From an archaeon (lineage in GTDB: Archaea > Nanobdellota > Nanobdellia > Pacearchaeales > GW2011-AR1), in assembly GCA_043810775.1 (NCBI GenBank), contig JBDRNU010000015.1, forward strand, positions 64,001-128,000: DNA of 64,000 nucleotides. The letters run 5' to 3'. Made by a program: the position numbers and the translations under genes. This document shows positions 9,577 to 18,586 of the stretch, piece after piece. The notes beneath the pieces were generated by a model. That model did not search any database. It saw nothing but the letters and a program-made list of their open reading frames with translations, and was not told where the DNA came from. Within the stretch, counting starts at the first letter, position 1. Each line of letters opens with the position of its first letter.

Positions 9577-10455
9577 TTAATTTTCCTCCGGTTTATTTTC
9601 TTGAGTATTTTCTTCAGCTGCTTTCTCCTCAGCTTCATTTTCTTGTTTAGATTCTTCCTTAATATCTTCTTTTTTATCGACTTCTGATAATTTTTCCAAG
9701 GCTCTCTCATGCATTCCTGCCTTTTGTATTAAGAAAGAAATAGTATCTTTGCTTGGGTATACTATTTCCACAGCAAAAGCTAAAGCTTTCGCATAAGTAT
9801 TTTTAATTTCTTCAAGAGCACTTTCTTTATCAATTTTGATTCCTACATAAACTTTTTTTTCTTTATTATCATAAGCAACTAGAGGTTCAAATCCAACATG
9901 GAAGGGCTTAATATCAAGCTTAGCCATTATACTTGCAGCAGAAGTGTTTATTTTTTCTCCTTTCTTTACAATTATTTTTGCTTTTTTAATATTAATCTTG
10001 CCATCTTCAATTGCAATCTGTATGCCTAAACTACCTAACTCACTTATTACGGGTCCTGGAGTAAGTTCAGTTGGGCCTTCTTCTATTTCTATATCCTCAG
10101 GAGCTTCCTGCCCAATTTTTGCCTTTGCAGGAGTAGTATTTTCAGAAAGGGTCGAGGATAAATCAAAAGGGTCTATATCAGAAAATAATAAAGCAACATC
10201 TTCCTTAATATATTCTTTAATATTCTTAATAGCCCCAATATCTATACTATCTATAGCCCTTAAAATGGCACTTTTTTTCACAACTTTGACTTTTGCATGA
10301 TCTTTTATCTTATTTTTAATTATCTGAAACTGCTTTCCAGGCAGGCTTTTTATGGAAGCTATGAGAAAACAATTACTCTCTTTTATAAGTTTAACTAAGT
10401 CTTCTATTTCTTTAATCTTTTTTTTAGGAATATCTTTTAATCTGTGTTTATTCAT
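9577..10455 (-). CDS. rplP0: 50S ribosomal protein L10 (P0)
   Basis: AK.GQ.APEDI, GPT..TPGP.ISEL and L.KLDIKP motifs. In an operon with L1 and L12. Confidence 0.95.
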   Translation of the reverse strand: MNKHRLKDIPKKKIKEIEDLVKLIKESNCFLIASIKSLPGKQFQIIKNKIKDHAKVKVVKKSAILRAIDSIDIGAIKNIKEYIKEDVALLFSDIDPFDLSSTLSENTTPAKAKIGQEAPEDIEIEEGPTELTPGPVISELGSLGIQIAIEDGKINIKKAKIIVKKGEKINTSAASIMAKLDIKPFHVGFEPLVAYDNKEKKVYVGIKIDKESALEEIKNTYAKALAFAVEIVYPSKDTISFLIQKAGMHERALEKLSEVDKKEDIKEESKQENEAEEKAAEENTQENKPEEN

Positions 10456-11096
10456 TGCTTTATCTCTCCAACTAATTTTATTGGTTTTGACATTGTCAGT
10501 TTAATCATAACATTTTTTATGTTCTCTTTCTTTCTTGGTAGGACATTAATTATTGAGTTAAATACAAATACTAAATTATCAACAATTTCCTCATCTTTCA
10601 TATTTTGATTAGCTACACTTAATTTAATACTAGGCTCTTTACTTCTTACTTTTAAAATTTTATCGAACTTTTTCAAAGCATCTTTTATTGAAGATTCATC
10701 ATCTTGAGCGATAATTCCTAGCTGAGGAGTAGGCATCTTTCCACTAGGACCTAAATATTTACCAAAATTTGTTGCAATTTCAGGCATGAGTTTTGCAGAA
10801 GCTATGAAAAAATCATATTTTTTCACAAGTTTTTTGATTTCTTTTTTGTCTTTATATTTTTCAAATTCAGCTTTAGTTATGCTATCTATATGATTACTTT
10901 TATTATTTAGAAAACCAGCAACTTTTGCGTCTTTAATTTTGAAAGGAAGAATTAATACTAAATTCACACTTTCTCTTCTTATATCAAAATTTCTTAAATT
11001 TACAATTAAATCTACAGATTGATTAAATTTTCTTTTCTTGCTTTTATTCTCATCTTTTAGCTCTTTAATAGCTTTCAAAAAAACTTCTTTGTTCAT
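10452..11096 (-). CDS. rpl1: 50S ribosomal protein L1
   Basis: KRKFNQSVDL, DFFIA, LGP.GKMP and KLTMSKP motifs. AGGAGGT SD upstream. Confidence 0.95.
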   Translation of the reverse strand: MNKEVFLKAIKELKDENKSKKRKFNQSVDLIVNLRNFDIRRESVNLVLILPFKIKDAKVAGFLNNKSNHIDSITKAEFEKYKDKKEIKKLVKKYDFFIASAKLMPEIATNFGKYLGPSGKMPTPQLGIIAQDDESSIKDALKKFDKILKVRSKEPSIKLSVANQNMKDEEIVDNLVFVFNSIINVLPRKKENIKNVMIKLTMSKPIKLVGEIKQ

Positions 11097-11165
11097 TCTT
11101 ACCTCCTACATTATAAACTTGGATCATAGAAAATATCTCCAAATTATGTAGTTTTCCGGTACATA
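11097..11165 (-). promoter_or_regulatory. Structured 5' leader of the L1-L10-L12 operon that overlaps the SD
   Basis: On the minus strand CUACAU pairs with AUGUAG and AAUUUGGA pairs with UCCAAGUU. The 3' arm overlaps the AGGAGGU SD. Confidence 0.55.
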
Positions 11166-11210
11166 AGCATAAAAAATAAGGTTTATAAATTTAATGCTTT
11201 TTTATTTAAA

Positions 11211-12014
11211 ATGAAAATAAAAGAAATTATTGTATCTTCCTGTATGAATAAAAGCAAAATAAAAGATTATGTGATTAATCCTTATACTGGTTGTGAGCAT
11301 GGTTGCAAGTATTGTTACGCTATTTTTATGAAAAAATACCAGAATATCAAGGATAAATGGGGGGAATTTATCTATGTTAAAAAGAACTGTCCAGAATTAT
11401 TAGAGAAAGAGCTTAAAAAAAATCCTCCAGGTCATATTTGGATAAGTAGTGTTACTGATCCTTATTCCCCTGTTGAGTCAAAGTACAAAATGACTAGGAA
11501 AATTTTAGAAGTCATTTCTAAATCCCCTCACAAAAACAAATTTAGTTTTGAGATTCTTTCAAAATCGACTTTAGTTGAAAGAGATTTTGATTTGATTAAA
11601 GAAATTGGCATTGAATTAGGCATGTCTATAAATAATTTAGATAAAAATATATCTAAATTGATTGAACCAGGCGCTCCCCCTCCACTAGATAGAATTGAAA
11701 CTTTGAAGAAAGCAAAAGAATATGGTATAAAAGTTTTTGGTTTCATATCTCCAGTCTTGCCAGGAATTACAAATTTAGATGAAATCTTCCGCGAATTAAA
11801 ATTTTGCGATTTTGTTTATGTCGAAGTGTTAAATACGAGATCTAATGGTGTGAAAAGATTAATCCCCTTATTAAGAAAAAAATTTCCCAGCACCCTTAAA
11901 AAAATTGAATATGCTAAAAATAACAGTGATAAATACTATAATCAAATAAAAAAAGAAGCTGAATTGTTAAGTAAGAAATATTCCATAAATCTCCAGGCAG
12001 TTATTTATCACTAA
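11211..12014 (+). CDS. Radical SAM protein, SplB-like (spore photoproduct lyase-like) family
   Basis: INPYTGCEHGCKYCYA, SSVTDPY, IEPGA...R and PVLPGIT motifs. Confidence 0.85.
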   Translation: MKIKEIIVSSCMNKSKIKDYVINPYTGCEHGCKYCYAIFMKKYQNIKDKWGEFIYVKKNCPELLEKELKKNPPGHIWISSVTDPYSPVESKYKMTRKILEVISKSPHKNKFSFEILSKSTLVERDFDLIKEIGIELGMSINNLDKNISKLIEPGAPPPLDRIETLKKAKEYGIKVFGFISPVLPGITNLDEIFRELKFCDFVYVEVLNTRSNGVKRLIPLLRKKFPSTLKKIEYAKNNSDKYYNQIKKEAELLSKKYSINLQAVIYH

Positions 12015-12460
12015 TTTCTTTCCAATTCTCCAAGATACTCTTTTATCCTGTCTATAGTTTGAGGGATTAGGAATTTTTCAATTTTATTTTGAAAAATTTC
12101 ATTTAAAGATTCAAATTCAGCTAAATTGTAAAGATTTTCCTTTTTTTCAATTAACATCATATCTCTTAGTCTTTTTAACTGTCTTCTTATATTACTCTCT
12201 GCAACTCCTTTTAGTTCTAGATGATGTTTTTTTCTACTTCCTTCCACTTCTTCTTTAATATTATCACTAGTAAGCTGCTTTTTCTGCTTTCTTGCATCTT
12301 CAAGAACAAGAAGAATATCCACAATCACATCTCTTCCATCACCTGGTTGCAATAAACCTAGTGATAAGCAAATTTTTTTCATTACTTCTCTTCTATCTTT
12401 TTGATAAGGTTTTTCATATTTTCTTAAGATAATTTCTGCTAAAGGTGTATCTCTTGCCAT
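12011..12460 (-). CDS. Winged helix-turn-helix protein
   Basis: LTSDNI...GVAESNIRRQLKRLRDMMLIEK..NLY fits a wHTH pattern. Confidence 0.65.
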   Translation of the reverse strand: MARDTPLAEIILRKYEKPYQKDRREVMKKICLSLGLLQPGDGRDVIVDILLVLEDARKQKKQLTSDNIKEEVEGSRKKHHLELKGVAESNIRRQLKRLRDMMLIEKKENLYNLAEFESLNEIFQNKIEKFLIPQTIDRIKEYLGELERN

Positions 12461-12510
12461 ATCTTTCTTAGCACATAAATACTTATAAATATATCCTAAT
12501 TATTCAAGTT

Positions 12511-12861
12511 ATGGAACTCGTAGCATTATTATCGTCTGGAAAAGGGACATGGGGGCAAGTTGCTGGTTTAGTAAATAGGGGTGAATGGGATAATATAATT
12601 CTTATTGGAAGCGATTTTGCTGAGAAGTTTTCACTAGATAAAAAACACGAATTTATAAAAGTCAATACAAATCAAGGTTTAGTCGAACTAAAACAAGATT
12701 TAGCTAAAAAATTAAATGGAAAAATTAATGGAACTGAAGTTGGGTTAAGTATTGCTTCTGGTGATGGGAAGGAGCATATGGCTTTGATATCTGCCTTATT
12801 ATCTTTGCCTGTAGGAATTAGATTTGTAGCTTTAACTAAAGATGGTGTAGTCTACTTATAG
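12511..12861 (+). CDS. Small Rossmann-like protein, CARF-like topology
   Basis: Alternating beta/alpha elements with a VGLSIASG.GKEHMALISA motif and a terminal beta hairpin. Confidence 0.5.
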   Translation: MELVALLSSGKGTWGQVAGLVNRGEWDNIILIGSDFAEKFSLDKKHEFIKVNTNQGLVELKQDLAKKLNGKINGTEVGLSIASGDGKEHMALISALLSLPVGIRFVALTKDGVVYL

Positions 12862-12895
12862 GAAATTTTTTATATTTCTTTAATCTTTAATTAAA

Positions 12896-13303
12896 ATGAA
12901 ATCACACAATAAAATAGCTGGAATTATTATAAGAGATAAAAGACTTTTAATGGTCAGAAAATATGGAGAACCTCATTTTATTATGCCTGGAGGTCAATTA
13001 AAATCAGGCGAGACTATAAGAAAAGCCTTAGAAAGAGAGTTAGAAGAAGAGCTTGACGTTAAATTAATTTCAATGGATAATCGCCCTTACGGGGTTTGGG
13101 AAGCTCCCCATTTCCAAGATCAAGATAAAATTGTAAGAATGGAAACTTATTTTGTGGAAATTGAAGGGAATCCAGTAAAAACAAGTGAGATTGATGAGAT
13201 TAGGTGGGTTTCTAGCTCTTATGCTCAAGAAGGAATAGTGGTCGCATCAATAAATCAAGATTGTTTAATTCCAAAACTTTTAAAAGATAGTTTCATAATT
13301 TAA
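12896..13303 (+). CDS. NUDIX hydrolase
   Basis: Nudix box PGGQLKSGETIRKALERELEEELD. Confidence 0.9.
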   Translation: MKSHNKIAGIIIRDKRLLMVRKYGEPHFIMPGGQLKSGETIRKALERELEEELDVKLISMDNRPYGVWEAPHFQDQDKIVRMETYFVEIEGNPVKTSEIDEIRWVSSSYAQEGIVVASINQDCLIPKLLKDSFII

Positions 13304-14250
13304 ATTTCATTCTTTTTAATCTTCATTTTTCTCTTGTCTTTTCCAATTAAAACTACCCTGCTTTCAATTTTCTCGTCGAGAATCTTATATTTTGGCAATA
13401 AATTCACAAGTTTTTCAGCAAAATCTTTAATTTCTTTATGAGTGGGCATTCTTTCATAACCTAGTCTTTTCCTCGAAAATCCAACACTCATAAATCCTTT
13501 AACTTCAACAAAATCTGGAGATGCCTTTAAAATTAGTTTTGCATAATCTTTTTCATTTTCCATATTAAGTTTTCTAACTAAAGTCATTCTTAGAACTTTT
13601 CTTGTTTTTAATTTAGGAAGTAGTTCAAGAGTCTCATTAAATTTCATCCAAGCACTCTTAATTTTATTTCTAGTTAATTTTCTAAATATTTTTTCATTAG
13701 GATAGTTTAAGGAAATATAAATCTGAGTAGGCAATTGTTTATTTTTTTGCAATAATTTCAATTTTTCAGGAAGCAAACCATTGGTGACAAGAAAGCTAGT
13801 TAATTTTCTTTTCCTCAATTCCCCTATAAATTTCCCTAGTTTAGAATATATAGTTGGCTCGCCCGAAAGAGAAATAGCAAAATTTTTTGGAGTTTGAGCT
13901 TCTCTAAATTTTTTCATGTTAATTTTCTTATTTCCTTTAAAACCAGAAATCATCTTTCTTTGAGCCCTAATCAGTTCCTCTATAATTTTTTTCGGATCAT
14001 CTAATTCAAGTGTTATTTTATCTCCTAAAGTGTATTCAATAGCTCGCCAGCAATGAAGACACTTATTTTGGCACCACATAACTGCTGGACTACACTGGCA
14101 GCACTGATGACTTTTTATCCCATAAAATTTTTCTTTATAGCATTCTCCCTCATCAATTAAACTTTTTTTTGTCCATCTGCACACTTGCAATGCTGAGTGA
14201 TTTCCAATTAAAGCATAATGCTGAGATTTTAGTATATCTTTGTATTTCAT
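13300..14250 (-). CDS. taw1: 4-demethylwyosine synthase TYW1/Taw1 (radical SAM)
   Basis: HSA..VC.WTK, CYK.KFYGI.SH.C, C...C.HCWR, AISLSGEPT and FVEVKGFM.VG.SR.RL motifs. Confidence 0.93.
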   Translation of the reverse strand: MKYKDILKSQHYALIGNHSALQVCRWTKKSLIDEGECYKEKFYGIKSHQCCQCSPAVMWCQNKCLHCWRAIEYTLGDKITLELDDPKKIIEELIRAQRKMISGFKGNKKINMKKFREAQTPKNFAISLSGEPTIYSKLGKFIGELRKRKLTSFLVTNGLLPEKLKLLQKNKQLPTQIYISLNYPNEKIFRKLTRNKIKSAWMKFNETLELLPKLKTRKVLRMTLVRKLNMENEKDYAKLILKASPDFVEVKGFMSVGFSRKRLGYERMPTHKEIKDFAEKLVNLLPKYKILDEKIESRVVLIGKDKRKMKIKKNEI

Positions 14251-14351
14251 AAAAAAATAAAAAATAATAAAAATTTAAACCTTTCTGAAGAAGAGCTTAA
14301 TAAAAAACTAAATTTAATATAAAAAAATAAAAAATAAAAAAGTTAGATTAA

Positions 14352-14396
14352 TTATCTCTTCTTCTTTTTCTTTGCTGCTTTTTTCTTTTTTGCCAT
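14352..14396 (-). CDS. Putative 14-aa lysine-rich peptide MAKKKKAAKKKKKR
   Basis: ATG at 14396 and TAA at 14352. AGAGGT SD lies 4 nt upstream, with its own TATA/BRE and downstream oligo-T tracts. Confidence 0.6.
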   Translation of the reverse strand: MAKKKKAAKKKKKR

Positions 14397-14442
14397 TTTA
14401 ACCTCTTTTATTGAATTTATGTTAATTAATTCAAGATTTTTT

Positions 14443-14458
14443 TATTTAAATATCTTTC
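14443..14458 (-). promoter_or_regulatory. BRE-TATA promoter of the lysine-rich peptide gene
   Basis: Minus strand reads GAAAGATATTTAAATA about 47 nt upstream of the ATG. Confidence 0.55.
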
Positions 14459-14486
14459 TGTTGCAAAAATTTTTTCCAAAAATTTA

Positions 14487-14557
14487 TGGACTGGCCGGGA
14501 ATTGAACCCAGATATCTGCTATGCAAAAGCAGAAGTTTGTCGTTAGCTTACCAGCCC
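14487..14557 (-). tRNA. tRNA-Ala(UGC), atypical D-arm
   Basis: Acceptor GGGCTGG/CCAGTCC with G3:U70, discriminator A, anticodon arm CTGCT-TTTGCAT-AGCAG and T-arm CTGGG-TTCAATT-CCCGG. Confidence 0.8.
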
Positions 14558-14561
14558 AGAT

Positions 14562-15956
14562 TCAAAAAAAGTTAATCGCCCAAATAAACATTAAGACAAG
14601 GATTAAAAATAGAATCAAATAAGTCGCTGCAGCGAATGCTTTTTTAGCTTTGTCATCTGATTTAGTCAAGAACAAGACAGTGAGATAAAAAACTCTTCCA
14701 CCATCGAAGATTCCAACAGGAAGCATATTAACTAGTGCAACTGATATATTAATCAAAACAATCCACCATATTAAATTATAAATAAATGTAACTAAATCAG
14801 GATTAAATTTTGGAGTATAGTTGATGTTTGGATTTTTAAAGAAAGATAATTTTTCGCGCAATTTTCCAAAAATTCCCCCACTATTAATTTTAATTAAAGC
14901 AATTCCAATATAAGGCATACTTGAATTATTTGGGTGCTCCTCAAGAGTTATATTAAATTCATGAATACTGAGAGAATCATTGATTAATGTTTTAATAGTA
15001 ATTTTATCATTAGGTTGATATTTTGAAATTTGAGAGCTTAAGTCATCAGTATTACTTATTTTTTTGCCATCAATTTCTACTATAACTCCTCTTAAATTAT
15101 TTCTTAACGCTGGAGTATCTTCATATGCTATGATTTGTTTCGAACTTAAATTGTATTCATTTTCATCAACAAAATATTTTTTTCCACTAATTTCAATTTC
15201 AGTTAAGGAGATATTCCCATCAACTATAAAATCAGTTTCACCTATAATAGAAGTTATATCAGCTGTATTAATTAAATCAGCTGAGTATGAATTGATAATA
15301 ACTCCTGATGATATGACGGTTGAAGCAAAGAACAGCCATAATAAAATAAAAAACACAAAACCTGTAATTAGGTTTGCAAAACTTCCAGCCCCTAAAATGG
15401 CAAGTTGATTTTTAATACTTATTTTCTGCATTTTTTTCTCATCTGGCTCAACAAATGCGGCTAACAATGGCCCAAGAAAACCAAAACCAGTGGATTTTAT
15501 TTTTAGTTTACTGAACTTAGCGAATATTCCATGTGAGAATTCATGGACAGCTGCGATTATAGCAATGCTAATTATCCAATAGGTAAAATAAAACATTGGT
15601 AAAAAGTCTACTTTGAAGATACTTGGAAGATAAGGTATCAAAGGAGCAATAGGTGGTATCTTAACTTCTTTTACAAATAAAGGCAGTTTAATATAAATAT
15701 AGAGTATTTGAAATAATAAAATGATCATAACTATCATCATAATATATCCAAAGAATATTACAAAATATCTCAGTTTTGAAATAACTTTAGGGTATTTTGT
15801 TCCAATATAATTAATAAATCTTATCCCCACTTTTGTCCTATAAAGATAGAGGATTCCCTCTCTTTCCAATTTCTTTCTTCTAATAATAAGAAATATAGCT
15901 ATAGCTATGGTAAATATTACTAAAAAAGTTAAATCATAAAATATGATACTCCTCAT
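14562..15956 (-). CDS. Site-2 protease (M50 family) with PDZ-like insert
   Basis: HEFSH, AFVEPDE, AGSFAN and NMLPVGIFDGGR motifs. Confidence 0.92.
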   Translation of the reverse strand: MRSIIFYDLTFLVIFTIAIAIFLIIRRKKLEREGILYLYRTKVGIRFINYIGTKYPKVISKLRYFVIFFGYIMMIVMIILLFQILYIYIKLPLFVKEVKIPPIAPLIPYLPSIFKVDFLPMFYFTYWIISIAIIAAVHEFSHGIFAKFSKLKIKSTGFGFLGPLLAAFVEPDEKKMQKISIKNQLAILGAGSFANLITGFVFFILLWLFFASTVISSGVIINSYSADLINTADITSIIGETDFIVDGNISLTEIEISGKKYFVDENEYNLSSKQIIAYEDTPALRNNLRGVIVEIDGKKISNTDDLSSQISKYQPNDKITIKTLINDSLSIHEFNITLEEHPNNSSMPYIGIALIKINSGGIFGKLREKLSFFKNPNINYTPKFNPDLVTFIYNLIWWIVLINISVALVNMLPVGIFDGGRVFYLTVLFLTKSDDKAKKAFAAATYLILFLILVLMFIWAINFF

Positions 15957-15959
15957 TTT

Positions 15960-16124
15960 TTATTTTTTACTCTTAGCAGGTCTAAATGCTTTTGCCCTAC
16001 ACTTTCTACACTTCACTTTTTTTTCAATTATTTTTCTAGGTTCAGATCTCTGTTTAGATCCACACTTCTTGCAGACAAACATATTTTTATAAAGTCTAGC
16101 TTGCGCAGCTTGTATCTTTGCCAT
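15960..16124 (-). CDS. rpl40e: 50S ribosomal protein L40e (not in ORF track)
   Basis: Translated by hand as MAKIQAAQARLYKNMFVCKKCGSKQRSEPRKIIEKKVKCRKCRAKAFRPAKSKK, with two CxxC motifs. Confidence 0.88.
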   Translation of the reverse strand: MAKIQAAQARLYKNMFVCKKCGSKQRSEPRKIIEKKVKCRKCRAKAFRPAKSKK

Positions 16125-16128
16125 GTTT

Positions 16129-16518
16129 TTATATCTTCCTCTTGATTATTTTTTTCCCATCAACAACCCAGTATTCTACTTGATTTCCTTCTTTAATTTC
16201 TTCATTCATATCTTCTGGGATGTTAACTTCAAAGTTTTCATAACTATCAGTATCCATAACATTTGCAGTTTTTTCTGAAATAGATAATATTTGCGCGCGA
16301 TTTTTATCAATCATAGGAACTTCAAATCTTTGACTTCCAGGTACAGCAACTATCCTTTTCTTACCATCCATTATACCTATGGCTTCAATCCTACATTTAC
16401 TTGCCCCATGCTTTCCTGTTTTACTTACATCCATAGACTTAACTGTACAAGGATTTCCGTCTATAATTATACTTACACCTGGTTTCGCCTCTGTTGCATC
16501 AATAAGTTTAAAAGTCAT
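16129..16518 (-). CDS. eif5a: Translation factor aIF-5A
   Basis: SKTGKHGASK hypusine motif. Confidence 0.95.
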   Translation of the reverse strand: MTFKLIDATEAKPGVSIIIDGNPCTVKSMDVSKTGKHGASKCRIEAIGIMDGKKRIVAVPGSQRFEVPMIDKNRAQILSISEKTANVMDTDSYENFEVNIPEDMNEEIKEGNQVEYWVVDGKKIIKRKI

Positions 16519-16568
16519 ATTTTCAAAAGAAGAAATACATTTATAAAGCTTCCCTTTATCAATTTTTT

Positions 16569-17225
16569 ATGCTAAAGGAAAAAGATTTTATTGAGTTAGA
16601 ATTTACTGGAAGAGTTAAGAATGGGGAAATTTTTGATACAAATATAAAAGAAGAAGCAAAAAAAATAGATCTTGATATAAATACTCGCCCACTTATAACA
16701 TGTTTAGGTCAGAATATGATTCTTCCGGCAATTGATAAATTTCTAGTTGGAAAGGAAGTAAACAAAAAATATGAGCTTGATTTAAAACCAGAAGAAGCAT
16801 TTGGTGCAAGAAATCGAGAATTGATTAAAACAATGCCTATGTCTGTGTTCAAGGAACAGCAAGTAGCTCCAAAACCGGGAATGATATTCCAATTTGATAC
16901 TATGATGGGGAGAATATCCGCAGTAAGTGGTGGAAGAGTGATTGTTGATTTCAATAATCCTCTAGCAGGAAAAGAAGTTTCTTATAGTTTAGAAGTAAAA
17001 AGAAAAGTTGAAGATATTAATGAAAAAACTAAATCAATTATAAATTTTTTATTTAAGCAAGACATCCCATTTAAAATTGAAGAAAAGAAACTTATAATTG
17101 AAGGCGAAAAAAGCATCATTGGTTTTGTTCAAATGTTTAATGAAAAATTTAAAGAAATTCTTGATTTGGAACTAGAAACTAAGGAAATTAAACTTTCCAA
17201 TCAAGAAAGTGCAAGCAATAACTAA
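16569..17225 (+). CDS. FKBP-type peptidyl-prolyl isomerase (long archaeal SlyD-like)
   Basis: GEIFDTN, PEEAFG.R and GGRV.VDFN.PLAGK motifs. Confidence 0.9.
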   Translation: MLKEKDFIELEFTGRVKNGEIFDTNIKEEAKKIDLDINTRPLITCLGQNMILPAIDKFLVGKEVNKKYELDLKPEEAFGARNRELIKTMPMSVFKEQQVAPKPGMIFQFDTMMGRISAVSGGRVIVDFNNPLAGKEVSYSLEVKRKVEDINEKTKSIINFLFKQDIPFKIEEKKLIIEGEKSIIGFVQMFNEKFKEILDLELETKEIKLSNQESASNN

Positions 17226-17281
17226 AAATATATACACCATTTCACAATAATCCTTAAATACTTCTAAAATTAACCTTTAAA

Positions 17282-18379
17282 ATGGCAGAATTTATTAAAA
17301 GAGATGAAGCAGACATCAATCCTGAAGTTCTTGAAATTGACCGTGAATTAGAGGAACTTTTGAAAAAACAGAGCGCTAAAGTTAAAGTAGTAGGGGTAGG
17401 TGGTGGTGGTGGAAATACTTTATCAAGGATGAAAGAAATTGGAATAAAAGGTAGTGAACTTATAGCCATCAATACAGATGCTCAAGATTTATTGTATACT
17501 TCTGCAGATTATAAAATATTAATTGGTCGCGAATTAACAAGAGGGCTTGGAGCAGGATCTAATCCTAAAGTTGGAGAAGAAGCTGCCCGTGAATCTGAGC
17601 ACGAAATCAAGAAAAGAATTTCAGGAGCCGATATGGTATTTATAACGTGTGGGCTTGGAGGGGGAACAGGAACTGGCGCGGCTCCGATAGTTGCTGAAGC
17701 AGCGAAAAAACAAGGAGCTCTTACTATAGGTATAGTAACTCTCCCTTTTACAATTGAAGGAAGGAAAAGAATTGAAAATTCAGTATATGGTTTAGAAAGA
17801 ATGGAGTCTGTTGTTGATACTTTAATAGTAATACCTAATGATAAATTACTTGAACTTGCTCCTGAATTACCCCTCCATACTGCATTCAAAGTTGCAGATG
17901 AAATTTTAACTAATGCAGTAAAAGGAACAACTGAGCTAGTAACAAAAACAGGACTTGTTAATCTGGATTTTGCAGATATAAAATCAGTAATGGTAGATGG
18001 TGGAGTTTCTCTTATTGGTATGGGGGAGGCTGATTCTCAGAATCGTGCAATTGAAGCAGTTGAGAAAGCTTTACAAAATCCTCTGTTGGATGTTGATGTA
18101 AGTAATGCTTCTGGAGCTTTAGTAAATATTATTGGGGGCCCTGATTTAAGCCTAGATGAATCTAAGAGTATAATAGAATTTGTAGGTAATAAATTGGGAG
18201 ATGACGCAAAAATGATCTGGGGTGCACAAATTTCTGAAGATATGGAAAAATCAATAAGAGTAATGTTAATAATAACTGGTGTAAAATCAAGTCAGATTCT
18301 TGGCAAAGGTGAAACTTCAGAAGAAAAGCGGCAAAAAGATATTGAAGAAGAGCTTGGGATTGAATTTTATGAAGAATAG
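17282..18379 (+). CDS. ftsZ: Cell division protein FtsZ
   Basis: GVGGGGGN, NTDAQ, GGGTGTG and NLDFAD motifs. Confidence 0.98.
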   Translation: MAEFIKRDEADINPEVLEIDRELEELLKKQSAKVKVVGVGGGGGNTLSRMKEIGIKGSELIAINTDAQDLLYTSADYKILIGRELTRGLGAGSNPKVGEEAARESEHEIKKRISGADMVFITCGLGGGTGTGAAPIVAEAAKKQGALTIGIVTLPFTIEGRKRIENSVYGLERMESVVDTLIVIPNDKLLELAPELPLHTAFKVADEILTNAVKGTTELVTKTGLVNLDFADIKSVMVDGGVSLIGMGEADSQNRAIEAVEKALQNPLLDVDVSNASGALVNIIGGPDLSLDESKSIIEFVGNKLGDDAKMIWGAQISEDMEKSIRVMLIITGVKSSQILGKGETSEEKRQKDIEEELGIEFYEE

Positions 18380-18409
18380 ATTTAAAAACCAAATTTCTTT
18401 ATTTAGTTT

Positions 18410-18586
18410 ATGACAATTAAACAAAATTTAACATCATTTCTGGTGAAATGCAAAAGAGTGTGGCATATACTCAAAAAACCAGATAAAAAAGAATTTTCAA
18501 CTATATTAAAAGTTTCAGCAATTGGCATTCTTGCAATTGGAATACTCGGCTTCATAATAGCTATAATCATGAGTATATTTAATTAG
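18410..18586 (+). CDS. secE: Protein translocase SecE / Sec61-gamma (not in ORF track)
   Basis: Translated by hand as MTIKQNLTSFLVKCKRVWHILKKPDKKEFSTILKVSAIGILAIGILGFIIAIIMSIFN. KKP...EF plus one TM, in the canonical position after ftsZ. Confidence 0.92.
   Translation: MTIKQNLTSFLVKCKRVWHILKKPDKKEFSTILKVSAIGILAIGILGFIIAIIMSIFN

Noticed and set aside
9252-10300. ORFs 9252..9650, 9525..9710 and 9944..10300
   Set aside because: They overlap rpl12 and rplP0 in other frames or on the other strand and have no independent features.
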